Below are positions 10,916 through 23,240 of a stretch of DNA of 38,771 bases, in pieces. The notes beneath the pieces are model-generated. The model had not been told where the DNA came from, made no database searches, and was given only the letters and a program-made list of their open reading frames with translations. The stretch comes from Hyphochytrium catenoides (lineage: Eukaryota > Protista > Hyphochytriomycota): assembly GCA_900088475.1 (NCBI GenBank), contig FLMG01004145.1, positions 1 to 38,771 of the forward strand. Reading direction: 5' to 3'. A program made the position numbers and the translations under genes. Each line of letters starts with the position of its first letter. The first letter of the stretch is position 1.

Positions 10916-13900
10916 GAATATACTTTGCAAACTAAAGCTGACAAACCGACCTCAACGCCCATCTCCCGCTCCTTTTCATCTCCTCCCTCACATCTAAATA
11001 TGGTGTCGGAGAGCAGAAAGTGCGCATCACAGGCTCGGAAACCGGCTGCGAGGCTGCCAAAGCTCAGATTCAGCTCACAACGCTTGCCTCCGAGGAGACT
11101 ATCGGGCTGCACCCCGACAAAATCAAAGTTATTCTTAGGTACAGGCCAGAGATAGAGGCACAGAGCGGTGCAAGGCTCATTATCAACAGAGAAGTAAGAT
11201 GTTGTCTCTCTCCTCTCTCTCTTGCTCCTGCGTCTTTACCTTTCTTCTCTCAAATAGTCTCGATCAGGCCTCTGGCTTCGGTCCCGACGTCTACTTCTCC
11301 TTTCCTATCTGCGCAGGTTCTCGCTCTTTTTCTCCCGCTCGTTCTGGGGCAGATATCCTGTCACTGAATTGTCATTTCGACCCGATGATGGACTCAGAGC
11401 GCATTCCCTCTGTATCTGATATAACGTATCATCCACTGACCCTGCGCATCTAGGGCATTTCTCCTGTTAATCTCTCTCTATCTCTCCGCTTTACCCTTTA
11501 ATCTCTTCTTATCACTTGTTGTTTGTCGCTCGTCGTTGCTGACTGCCCACCATATGGACTGGTTCTTGGTTCTGTTATGCAGCAAGGGACTCTCAAGCTT
11601 CTAGGCCTGAGTCCTCGAATTGCCCAAGCAAAGGAGTTGATAGGACAATATACGACGGGGCAAGTCATCGTGCCAGTGGAGCCGCGCCTAGTCGCAACGA
11701 TCATCGGCAAGGTGAGAAGGAGGCTCTCCTCTGCACTTTTCCTCTCTTGACTCGCTTGCTTCACCGCTCCATCCAAAGGTTGCTGCTGGACAACTCTCTC
11801 TTCACCGGCTCTAAGCTTTACCTAGTCCTCCTTTCTACTAGCTTCACACAGTCTAATTCTCAACTGCCTCCGCCTTCGATTTTTTGCAGAAAGGAGCTCG
11901 CATCAAGTCGATTGAGGAAGAGTCAGGCGCTGTGGTGGATGTTGGAGAGAAGGCCCTGGGGCAGGTCGTCCTGCACGGACGGGTGGAGGATGTAGCGAAA
12001 GCAAAGGTGCAGCAAGATAGTCTTCTCGCGCCGCGACCTTATTATAGACACGTTGAATACCTTTACGGCCGCTGACCCTTTCCATTGCTTGATTCACGGA
12101 TGAACTGCTCAGGCTCTCTCTGGTCCTGGTCTGGTTTGCCCTAATACTCTTTGGCTGCGTCCCCATGTCACGTAGGCCATTCTGGACGATATCATCAAGG
12201 AGAATGAGGAGCACACCTATGAGATCCCCGTACAGAGCTCCTTCATCAACTTTATGTTAGAGGATAAGGGCGCAGGAATGAAGCAGCTTAGAAGCCAGTG
12301 CCCAGGGTGCTTCATTGACGTCGACAAGGACCTTCTTCTCTTCAAGCTGTGAGTGCTATCTCCCTCTCACCTCATGCTCTTCTTTAGCTTTGCCTGGGCA
12401 ACGAAAGTTGGCCTCTTCTTAGTCACTTTCCCCTTGCGGCCTCGGCTGCACTGGCCTCACGTATAAGTCCTTGGTAGCTTGTCATGCTCTTCACAGCTCA
12501 AAGGCTAACGTGCTTGCCCTTTGCCCGACGTCATTGCTTGGCTCTTGGCCAGACGAGGCACCTCCGCCCAGCTTCAGACCGCGACGGCAGCCATCACTGC
12601 CGAGTTAGAGGCGTTTGAGAGCGGAGTGGAGCGGGTCAAAGCTGACCCGCACGCTGTGTCTCTTATTATCGGCAAGAGCGGAGCGAGAGTCAAGCACATT
12701 CAGGAGACAACTGGTTAGCAAAGAGGATGGAAACTTTGGATATGATAGAAGCGCGTTTTTATTTACTGCTTCCGTGTCTTCTACTGATCATTTAGGGGCC
12801 AAGATTGATGTGGACAAGGCTGCGTCAGTCATTCTAATCAGAGGCGAAGCGGAAGCGGTGGCCAAGGCGAAAGCTCTCGTGACGGAGACTATCAGGACAA
12901 ACCAAAGAGCCGTCGTCAAGATCCCGCATCAAGAGGTAAAGTGCAACCTCACCTTCTGACCCATCTCCAATATTTCCCTCTCTCTCATCCTCCTTTCTCT
13001 TTCTCTCTCTCTCTCTCTCTCTCTTCGGGGTGGGCTCTGTTGCGATTGGCCCTCTTTCTGCCATGCAACCTCCTTCATATTCATCTTGGGGATGGGATGT
13101 CTTGTATGCTTTCTGACCCATATATGCCCGCCTTAGGTGGCATACGCCCTGAGTGCGAATGATAAGGCTGAGCTGTTGAGGATCCAATACGAGTCCTTGG
13201 CGACCATAGTTGTCCTTAGAAGAGATATGGAGGTGAGACATGGGGTTAGCACAGAGCGGGCGATAGTGATCGACTAATATAAGAAGGGAGCACAAGAGGC
13301 ATAACGGCGTTAGGGTTTGCCGACTGAAGTATGCCCTAGAATGACGCGAAGAGGAGAGGAGGCAGCGGCAGGACTCTCACGCTGGCTAGCGCAGTCTTCT
13401 TCCCTATATCTGACATCGAGAGGACCACCGCTGTCACTCTTTGACCCTTTCTCTCCCTCCGTCGGACTGCGTAGATTGTTATAACAGGCACGACAGAGCA
13501 CATTGAACTAGCAAAACAAGGCATTGCCCGCGTGATAGATGAAAACCAGGTTGAGACAGTAGAGATTGATGAGGAGGACGTGCACCTTCTCATCGGGCCA
13601 GGAGGCAGCGTTATCAAAAAGGTAGGCGGCACCGATTAGCCCCTAAGCCTCAGAAGAACTGGGAAGCCCTAAACAGAGCTCAATATCTTGCAGTTAAGGG
13701 AGGAGACAGGCGCCAACATTCGGGTTGAGAAGGACAATAAAACCATTCAAATTGTTGGCAACAGGGACAAGATTAAAGCGGCGAAGAAGGCGATCATACA
13801 AATAACCGAAGGAAGCGGCAATGGCGATAACATCTTGCTCGAGGTCTGTCTCGGGGATCCTCTTCTCCATCTTTCCCATTGCTCCTTCTTTGTCGTTGTC

Positions 13901-16900
13901 TCCTTTGCTGCTCACGTGCTGCCCCATATGATTGTGATGATCGTTCTTAACATGGTTGAGAAATTTGTGCTGTCACGAGCCCAGAGTCTCATGTACTGGC
14001 CCGTCTTCTGTCTGCGCTTAGGTCCAGCCTGAGGCCATTGGGACCATTGTCGGCAAAAGTGGGGCAACCGTTAAGAAGTTCCAGGAAGAGTTCGGAGTGA
14101 CCATTGACGTTAGAAAGAGGTAAAAGACAAGTACGAGAGTGTCTCACATGAACGGATGTGCTAGGAAGGAGTGAGATAGTCAGTGTGAAGGATAAGGCGT
14201 GACGTACTTCTGTACATGTCGCTTGTATGCATTTTGATTTCTCTGCGTTGGGGGAGTGCTATGCTAGGGGCAGACGTAGCCGTTTGTCCTGTGGTCTGCT
14301 TCTCCTAAGGCTTCGCGACTAACGTGGCGTCTCATCATCACGTTGTACACAGTGGAAAGTCTGTTCGGATCAAGGGCGAGCCTGAGAATGTTTCCAAGTG
14401 CCGCGCAGCTATCCTCAAGATTATCAATGACACGATCATCACCGCCACAGTGGACATCCCTGCCGAGAAGTGAGTGTGAAATAATAAAAATGATGAAGGA
14501 AGTGACCTTAGAGAGAAAGGTGGAACTGAAACAAGAGCCAGAGATCTCCTGTCAGCCTAACGTCATCCAACCGTGGATCAGCCCCCAGGCCTTACTCACA
14601 GCGAAGTACAAGCTCCCTCGTTATACTTACAGGCTCTTGTTTGTTCTAGGGCTGGGCGGGTGCAGCAGTTCAGTTCCCTGCTGAAGGATCTGGAAGCCGA
14701 TGGCGGCGTCACGGTGAACTTCACGCCAGATAAGAAGGCTGTGAAGGTATGTGCCCTTCGTCACCTCTTTTTTCTCCGTCTTCTTGCTCTCTAGCTGCTA
14801 TAGTAGATGCGATAGTCTCACCAAGTAGAGTCTAGTAGTCTCATAGCTCTCCTCTTTTTGCCAATAGCAGCTTTCTAACCTCCACTCTGACTCGCAGATT
14901 CGGGGCAATGGCAACGTTGTTGGCGCAGCCAGGCGTCGAGTACAAATGCTTGTTAAAGACTGGCTAGAGGAGCCTCTCCCCGTCCTCACGGAGCACCTCA
15001 CCGCTCTACCAGCCAAGAATATCCAGCAGATAAAAGAGAAGCATGGAGTTAACCTCACGCCAGTTAGTACAAGCTCTCATTTCTTTTGAGCTTATCTTCC
15101 TTGGGTCAATCGATCGAACACTCTCTCGTCTTCGTTCCTTGCTAAGAGTGTCCCCTGAAATGCTGATTGTTTTGGCAGGACAAGGAGCTCGGGGCTTTGG
15201 TGCTTGCAGGGCCTGTGGAGAATGTCTTAGCTGCAAGAGGAGAAGTCGAGCAGCTGCTTAGGTTTTTCTTCCAGTCACATTATAAAGACGTGGTGGTGCC
15301 TAAGGGCGCTATCGGTATGTGCGACGATGTGGGCCCTTCCCTCTTTGTCTTCCTGAGCGTTGGGATTCTCCTACTTGTCGTTGCTTTTGCCGCAGCTAGT
15401 TCCATTTATATCCACACGATGCAGCTCCTTGCGATGTCTGGCTCTTCTCACATGTCTCTCCTTTGGCAGCCCTCCTTATGAGAAAGCGCAGAGAGATAGA
15501 GCAGGCTACTGGGGCTCTGCTGAGCCCTGACGCCCGCCAAGGTCGCGTGACGCTCATCGGAAGGACAGACGAGGATATTGTTAAGGCGAGAGAGGAAGTG
15601 CAGAACGCGGTAGAGGAGCACCGGCGGACGCATCAAGAAGTGGACGTGAAGGATCCTTACCTCGCCTCCTTCCTGGTTGGAAAGAAGGGCGCGACTATCA
15701 CAAAGGTATGACCCTTGCCTTCTAATTCTCTTTGCACCTTTCTGGCTGCCCTCAGTTAGCTCGGCTGACGACGTCGTCCCACAATGCCGCTCTTCCTCCG
15801 CTCTCTCTCTACTGGCAGCTTGCAAAGGAGACCGGCGCAAAGCTAGACTTGAACCGTGACGCCAAAGTCCTCATCATCACAGGTGAGGGAGAGGCGGTAG
15901 CGGCTGCAAAGGAAGCCGTAGAATCGCTGATAGAGAAGTATCACAAGGAGAATGCAGGTATGCAAGACCGAACCTTGACTGATTGGACACCTTAGTTCCC
16001 CTTCTCTTAAGAGCTTACAATGCTCTGCCTACATCTTCCACCTTGCGCTAATGTCCGGCCTTATGCACCTAGTGCTGGAGGTGGATGAGGATGAGGTCCC
16101 ATCACTCATTGGAAAGGGCGGCAGCGGCATTAAGCGGCTGCGTGAGGAGACGGGCTGCAACATCAACATCTCAGACCGCGGAGGAGTCATCCACCTGCAA
16201 GGCTCCGAAGAAGCCATTGCTCAAGCGAAGGAGGAAATAAAGAGAATTATCGGCGACAAAATGAAGGTAATCAATAGTCACCTCTCTTACTCTGCTATCT
16301 CTTTCTCCCTCCTTTTTTTATGTAGTTGCTCTTCCTGTCCTTCTCTCTCTCTTTCTCGTTCTCGCTCACTCTCGGTCTTGCGTTCTGTCTGTCTCTCTCT
16401 CTGTGCTCTTCCCCTCTCTCTGTCTCTCTCCTTCTTCTCCCCATTCTCTTCAAGGCGTCTCATGCCTGCTCATTTACCGGCTGCCTCACCCCTTTCCCCT
16501 CTGCCAGTGATACCTCACCTCATAAGATTGAAATCCATTCCTTGACTGCTCCTTGATGCGCTCATTTATGCGGCTGTTGCGCCCTTGTCCCTCTCATTCT
16601 TTTCCCAGGTTACCCTCTCCTGCTCCTCGTATGCAGCCGGACAGGTCATTGGCAAAGGTGGAGCCACGGTGAAGGAGATTCAGAGCAGCACGGGAGCTAA
16701 GATCGACGTGAATCGTGAGAGTAGGACTGTAGTGATCAAGGGCTCGGAGGAAGAGGTCGAAGAGGCCAAGCAGAGAGTGGAGAAGATCATTGAGGAGGCC
16801 AACAAGAGCGCCCCACCGCCGCCACCTCCTGCGCCTGTGAAGAGCAAGCAGGAGAACGAAGAGGAGGAGAAACCTGCTGATGCTCCTAGGTAACTGCAGT

Positions 16901-17649
16901 GGAATATCTGTTCAACGTCGTCAACGACAATCTCCTCTATCTTTGACTGCCATCTTTGTATGGATATCTGTCTCATTCTCTCTCTTGCCCAAAAGTACTC
17001 TTCTGTTTATTGGCGTGATCTCCTTGGTCTGTTCCCGATTTTGCCCTGCCCATCTTTGTCTCTTGTCTTGCAAGCTACGCGGGTGTGGTCGCTTAGCCTA
17101 GGGCCAACTAAATCTCTTTCTTTCTCTCTCTCTCTAATTATCTCTCTCTCTCCCTCTTTCCTTCTCTCTCTCTCTCTCTTTCTTTTCTCTCTCTTCCTGG
17201 TTGCCTGTCTAACCGTCCTTTCGCATTGATTTAGTTCGGAGGCTCCTAAGACTGCTCCAGGTTTCATTCCTGGACTTCATACGAGGCAGCAACAGCCTGT
17301 CCTTGCAGCGAAGCTGTCGAAGAGCGCAGCAAAGCGGCAGAGGAAGAAGATGGCCAAGGGAGGGGAGGATGCAGATGTGAACATTGTGAACCTTCTCGTA
17401 GGTGCAGAGGAAGAGAAGCTCCCTGTCCCTCCTTCGGCAGCAACTTCTCGGCCACCGCCTGCTGTCTCTGCCTCTCTCTCCTCTCCCGCCGTCTCCCAAC
17501 CAGTCAGCAAGTCCAAACCCAAGGCGGCTGCTAACGCTGTGTCTAGCTTTCTAGTGGACGAAGACAGTGATAACGTCCAGCCAAAGGGAGCGAAGGCCAA
17601 CGGTGAGAGCTACTATCGCTCCACCGCTGGCTACTCTATCCGCCTATAA
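9593..17649 (+). CDS. Vigilin/Scp160-like multi-KH RNA-binding protein (14 KH repeats) with N-terminal Bfr1/PPI-like coiled coil; multi-exon
   Basis: Exons give repeated KH motifs with intact GxxG loops: VIGKKGAN, IIGK|KGAR, IIGKSGAR, LIGPGGSV, IVGKSGAT, LVGKKGAT, LIGKGGSG, VIGKGGAT. Six further repeats have degenerate loops. The N-terminus contains SDEKIDQEIERMEYKRTTTSLSLNDEKKLVKEIESLK. A Pro/Ala/Ser-rich tail ends YYRSTAGYSIRL*. Confidence 0.9.
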
Positions 17650-17899
17650 AGAGTGGTCCTAGAAGAGAGAAGCCCTTTATATAAGAAACTCGAGGACGCG
17701 AGGCAAGAGATGCCGTAGCAAAGCAGTACAGCCTCTCGCTGTGCCCATGGAATAGCCTAAAGAAGAGAGAGGCAGAGAGAGAGAGAGAAAAAGAGAGAGA
17801 GAGGACCAGAGAGGAGAGACAGCCGAATCCTTGCTCTCTCTCTCTATCAGCAGCGGTTAGTAGCCTTATCAGTACAGAAGGTTCAGGTGTGGTTAAGTG

Positions 17900-18509
17900 T
17901 TAACAAAGAGCTTTCTTCTTCAAAGTCAGACTAGGTCTCCGAGGCTTTGAAAGAGGAGAGAGAGATCCCTTTAGTCCTCTCTCTTCCTCTTCTCTGTCCT
18001 CTGGAATGTCATCTTTCTTCTTCTGATGGCTGGGCAGATCCTCTTCTTCCTCCACCACCTCAGCATCTTCGGCCTTGTCCTCTCTCTCTCTGTTATTGTT
18101 GGCAACAGGCCGCTTTCTCTCCATTTCTTTCCGGCTCTTGCTGGTCGGTTTTCCTCTTTGTTCCTCTTCCTCGTTCACTTCAAGATCTTCATCGCAGATG
18201 GGCTTGGACAGCCTCAGGGAGAGAGCCGGGATGCCCACAAGCTCGTGCAGTTTCTATGGGATTTACAGATGCAGGTGGGGCAGAAGAGAGAGAGAGATCA
18301 GATAGAAAGAAGACAATGGAGTCAAGCCACAGCAAGAGAGAGGAAGAGAATGAGAGAGGAAGAGAAAGGGATAGGCAAAACCAAAAACCGGAAAGAGAGA
18401 GAGACGTATAGATACGGAGAGAGAGAGAGGTAGGGGTAGGAAGAAAGATAGAGAGGGACGCAGAAAGAGAGACAGAGAGAAACACACAGGGAGAGACACA
18501 CACACACAG

Positions 18510-18542
<33 letters not shown>

Positions 18543-18809
18543 NNNNNNNNNNNNNNNNNNNNNNNNNNNNNNNNNNNNNNNNNNNAGAGAGAGAGAGAGA
18601 GAGAGATAAGAAAAATAGGGGGAGGACAGGGCCAGGAGCTGTTATAATACGTCTAGAAGGTCTTATGGAGGGTCATGCACCTTAAGCGCGTCATAGTCCT
18701 GTCTGCTCAGGATAATCTCTTCCGTGCCTCCGTCTCCCTCCCGACTTGCCTCTTCCTCTTCCTCCTCTCGGCCGCGCTCTGACAAGTCAGCAATGTGCTC
18801 CGCCTCCAT
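17900..18809 (-). CDS. Hypothetical highly charged, probably disordered protein (~160 aa, exons 18809-18681 and 18253-17900)
   Basis: MEAEHIADLSERGREEEEEE...SRQDYDALK | KLHELVGIPALSLRLSKPICDEDLE...KPRRPSLTLKKKALC*. Phase-0 GT-AG intron with a CT-rich tract. No recognisable domain. Confidence 0.55.
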
Positions 18810-19678
18810 TGTTCCCTTTCTCTGCACCTGACACACACACGCTCTCTCTCTTCCTTTCCCTCTCTCTCTTTCTGTCTTTCTTTGCGCTCGCTCACCGAAG
18901 TTAGGCTCCAGCTTCGCGATACTGCTCCACACACAGGTTAGCGCCGGCGGAGACGTGGGTTGGGCCTCGATGACGTAAGGAGGCGGCGAAAGGAGGGAGA
19001 GAAGAAATCAATCTGCGGGGAAGAGCGTGGGAAGTGGAGCTGGAGAGATAGTGAAGAGAGAGAGAGACAAGAACAGATGCCCAAGGAGAGAGGTGGACTG
19101 CGGAGAGAGGAGAGAGGGAGCGATAAATAAAGAGGGAGAGACAAGAACGGGCAGACAAAGAGAGGAAGAAGCGTAGGGAAAGCGAGAGAGGAGTGTGGAG
19201 AGAAAGAGAGAGTAAGAGAGACAGAGAGACAGAGGAGGAGCGAGAGAGAGAGAGGAAGAGAGAGAGAGAGAGAGAGAGAAGAGAGAGAGAGGAGAAGAAA
19301 CGAAGCGACACAGTCAAGGCCATTTCATCCCTCCACTCCTATAACTGAGTGAGAAAGACTTGATAGCCCTCGCTCTGGCAGTTATTTATTATTAGTTATC
19401 ACTGATGTCTTGTAACAGCTCTTTGTAAAGCGATGATGGTTTAGGAATGCAGCCAGAGACAGAGCCTCTCACGGCCCAGAGAAAGAGCCAGAAAAGAGCT
19501 TGTGCCGACATCTACAGAGATTCTGGGCTGAGGACACAGCCAGGAGAGGACTTTGGACTATTGACATGGTTATCTCCTCTCTAAAGATAAATAAATAGTG
19601 TCCCCCGAGGTAAGGTAGATCTGGGGTGGGAGGGGGAGGATTGTAAGGTGTCCAGAAGTGAGGGGAAGTGGGCGTCGA

Positions 19679-22600
19679 CTAGCAATCAAAGGTCCGAATG
19701 ACCCTGACCCATGTCGCTCTGCAAACCGGGCACTGCGGAGCGCTCGACGCTCTGCTGAGAATAGTGCAACAGCTCAAACAGACACAGCGATGGCCACATG
19801 GCTCCAGGACTGTGTCGATGGAACAGTCCTCACAGACCTAAACAGTGGAGACGGCCAGTAAGTAACCATGAGACGGCCAGTAATGACTATGAGACGGACC
19901 AACGCCATGATAAAGACATACGTAGTATAATGGAATGTGAAAAATATTCACAAAGAGCACTAAGATGAGCTCGCTTCACCTTGCAGAGATTCGCGTCCAT
20001 GAGCTGCTTTAGCTGCCGGCGGAGTCTCCTCACCTCCTCCTCAAGCTCCAAGCTTGGTACCTCTTCACTTGCTGCTCCGACTCGTCCATTCGAATGCGAA
20101 TTCTGGTGATCAAGCCTAAAACTCTTGGACAAGGTCTCCTTCAAGTCTTGACAAGAAGCCATAATCTGAGCCAATAATTGACGGTCAACACATGTCCAAT
20201 CTGTGGTCCAAGAGAGCTGGCCAGGGTCTATAATAACTAACCTTTCGCCTGTGACCCAAGGGAACGCCCAGCTCTCTGAGGTCAAGATCGGAGAGGAGCA
20301 ACAAGGAGTCCACATCAATCCTCTCGGCCTCGAACCTGCGCAAAGGCGTGACCAAAGGAAGAGGCATAAAAAAGTAAGGACACGCCTCGCCCCGCACCAG
20401 AGAATGAGAACAATCCCCAATGCCTGAGGAGGCATCTTACATGTCCACGTACTGCGCCATTGAGAGCGCTTCCAGGAAGTCAGAGACACCGGAGGGAAAC
20501 GACGCTGGCTTCTTGCCCTCAAGCGCCTCAAAATGATTGAATGAAGCTGAAATCGGTCCCAATCCCGCTGCATCAGCTCCGTTCCTCTGTCCGCCGCTTT
20601 GTCGATGCACGTCAGCTCTTCTACCTGCTCTGGTACCCTCGTCTATTGCACAGCTCTGAACTCTACTGACCATCATCTCTTCCATCGCGGCCTTAACAGC
20701 AGGTTCTATCTTCACACTTCTTAGGTCATTGTAGAAAGCGCCGTCAAATCCTCCAAAGATAAACAGCCTGTCTTCAAAGACGACTGCGCCGTGCCGTCGT
20801 CGTGGAGAAGGAGCAAGACCAAAATCGGTTATCTGCGGAGTGCTCCAGCGAGCTCTCACCGGGACACCATTGTGGTAGGACTCTACAGCGCCGATGGAAG
20901 CCCAAGTTAATGGGCCAAAGCAGGAGAGACGAGACAGAGGATATGCCCCAAATGGGCAAAGAGAAACACGGGGCAATCATCAGATAGAGTAGATCTCATG
21001 CAACATGATCATACTCGAGGTAACTCCTTCAAGACGTCGTTGGTCCTGAGCAATCGACGTGATAGAGAGTTTCATGTGCAGGCAAAACTAATGCACTCCG
21101 AGTAGCACACAGAAGGAACGTTCGAAGATTAGGGGAAAGAGTGCGCGGAAGATGAGCTTCCTTGGGAAGAGACATACCGATTGTGAGAATATGACAGTCG
21201 TTGAAGTCCATTCCGGCCCTGCCACCAAACAACACGAAGCTCTCTCCAACACAAGTCATACTATGGCCCCACCGCGCTGCCGGTGGGGTGCCAGAGAGAG
21301 CGGGCTGGGACCACCGCGCCTTTCCGCTTCGCCCCTCAAAGGAGAGAAAGTGCAGGTCATCATGACAAGAGTAGTCCCTACCGGTTGTGCCACCAAAGAG
21401 TAAGGCTGAACCGGAGGAGGGATGAGAAGTAAGAGAATGAAAGCGACGAGGGGAGGGAACACTGCCTTCCGCATGCACCTTCAGCCACCGGACAGACCCT
21501 ACATTTGTGGTATGAAGTCGGATGACAGAGAAGTTAAACGATTCGGGTTGGAGAGACAATTGACGGAAAGCAAAGGAGAGAGGTCGTGGAGAAAGAGGTG
21601 AGAGCGTAGATCAGGAGGGGAGATTCACCGAGGAGACTTGCCCATACCATCCTGCAACTCGGTGAGGTCGAGAACGAGGAGATCGTTCAAGTCAAGCCCA
21701 GAACCGGAAACGAAGCCGCCAAAAAACGCTAAATAATCTACAGTCAGGCGTCGAGGATCAGATCAAAGTGATCGCAAAAGAAGAGGAAGAACGGCATGCA
21801 ATGTAAGGGCAAAGAAAAGAAAAGGTCTGAACACATCTAGCATAGTTTTGAGCCATAGTTGACAAGCAACCTGTCTGCATCTTATCACCGACCACAGCTG
21901 CAGCTTGAGAGGAACGAGCTGGGGGAGCTAGTCCGCCTACTCGAGGATGCCACCAGATCCAAGGCTCCATGGCTACGAAGGTGAGACAACAAAGCCCGCA
22001 TGAGGACGGAGTAACTTTTCCATAGCTGAGTGGCACCGAAAAAAGCTAAGGAAGGAGGACAGAAAAGCATATTTGTCGAAGACGCTCTCGCTGCGAAGTA
22101 AAGACAGTAGACGATTCCTGAGAGGAGACCGCAGATCCAAGAGCCATGCGAGCACAGAGTCAGCTATCCTCAGAAGACCCGACACTCGAAACCGCCTCTC
22201 CCCCGCATAATAGCCTTCCTACCAATGTCTAGGACGACGACATCTTGGAAGTCACAGAACCCAACACCCCCGAAGAGAACAAGGGATGTCCCCATGAGGG
22301 TGCATGTGTGGTTTGACCGTGAAGCCGGGACAGTCCCGTGCACCAAAGGCTTGAGCCACTCCATCTCATCTGCAAAAGTGAAGGCATCAGTACAGCACGT
22401 CAAGCAACAGACCCCAACGCAGAGGCAAGGGAGCTCATCGCGTCAGCGCACAGCTCCCGACAGAGAAGAATGCGGGAGAAGTGGATAGAAGGTAAGAACC
22501 ATGCGAGGAGCGTCTTACTCACCAAAGTCGAGCACGTACAAATCTGCCAGATATCCTGCGTACGAGCAAGAAGAAGCTGAGGACTTCCACTAGATGGGTT

Positions 22601-22850
22601 ACCACTTGGGCCTTTTAAGCACTTACTGCCATCATAGCCGCCGAAGACGATCATCTTCCCGTCAACGACGTTGCAGCTATGGCCCCATCTCTGTAGATGG
22701 ACAGACACATGAGAAGGACGACAAAGAGGACGATACTTTGCCTTGCTATACCCGAGAGGGAGGTCCTGGGAGAAGAAGATGAGTGGGCGATTCTTTCTTC
22801 CAGACTGTTTGCTCCGTCGCTTGACCATCAAGCTCATGTTGAGTTGCCAT
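19679..22850 (-). CDS. Kelch-repeat (6 blades) - SAM - coiled coil - RING (C3HC4) putative E3 ubiquitin ligase; multi-exon
   Basis: Kelch blades: RWGH..FGGYDG, RSNH..FGGVG, RSSQ..FGGF, RRFH..FGGTTG, RWGH..FGGRAG, RRRH..FGGFDG. SAM: VSDFLEALSMAQYVD|FEAERIDVDSLLLLSDLDLRELGVPLGHRRK|LL. RING: LCK|VCEDCSIDTVLEPCGHRCVCLSCC...CPVCR, stop at 19679. Confidence 0.88.
19848..19910. repeat. Degenerate ~21-bp tandem repeat (3 copies) in last intron of Kelch-SAM-RING gene
   Basis: gagacggccagtaagtaaccat / gagacggccagtaatgactat / gagacggaccaacgccat. Confidence 0.75.
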
Positions 22851-23189
22851 TCTGCGTAAGGGCAGCGGAGGGCAATCAAAGCCCGCTAGCCCTGCCATAA
22901 ACTCCTCTCGCCAAAAATTGTACTAGCCTAGAAGACTAGTTGCATCACACTGCTCTCTTGGCTTAGGTAGAGTTCACATGGGAACTGCCTAGATTCGCCC
23001 TCTTCCCGTTCTACCCAGGGACATCATCTCCAATAAGTTGGTAATTACCGAGCCTCACAGAAGCTTCTCCAAGCGCTGTTCATTCCCTCCTAGGTGGACT
23101 ACGGTACTGTCTCGACACAAAGGCCTGAGACATTTAGAAGCGGTCTCAGCTCCAGCGCGGACGGGCCTTCAGAAGAAAGTGATGGACAG

Positions 23190-23240
23190 AAGATGATGAA
23201 GATTGAAGATGAAGATGAAGATGAAGACGAAGACGAAGAT
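23190..23240. repeat. (GAAGAY)n hexanucleotide repeat, intergenic
   Basis: gaagatgaagatgaagatgaagacgaagacgaagat. Confidence 0.8.

Noticed and set aside
19848-19910. CRISPR-like repeat-spacer array
   Set aside because: Only three short degenerate units in a eukaryotic intron, with no real spacers and no cas genes.
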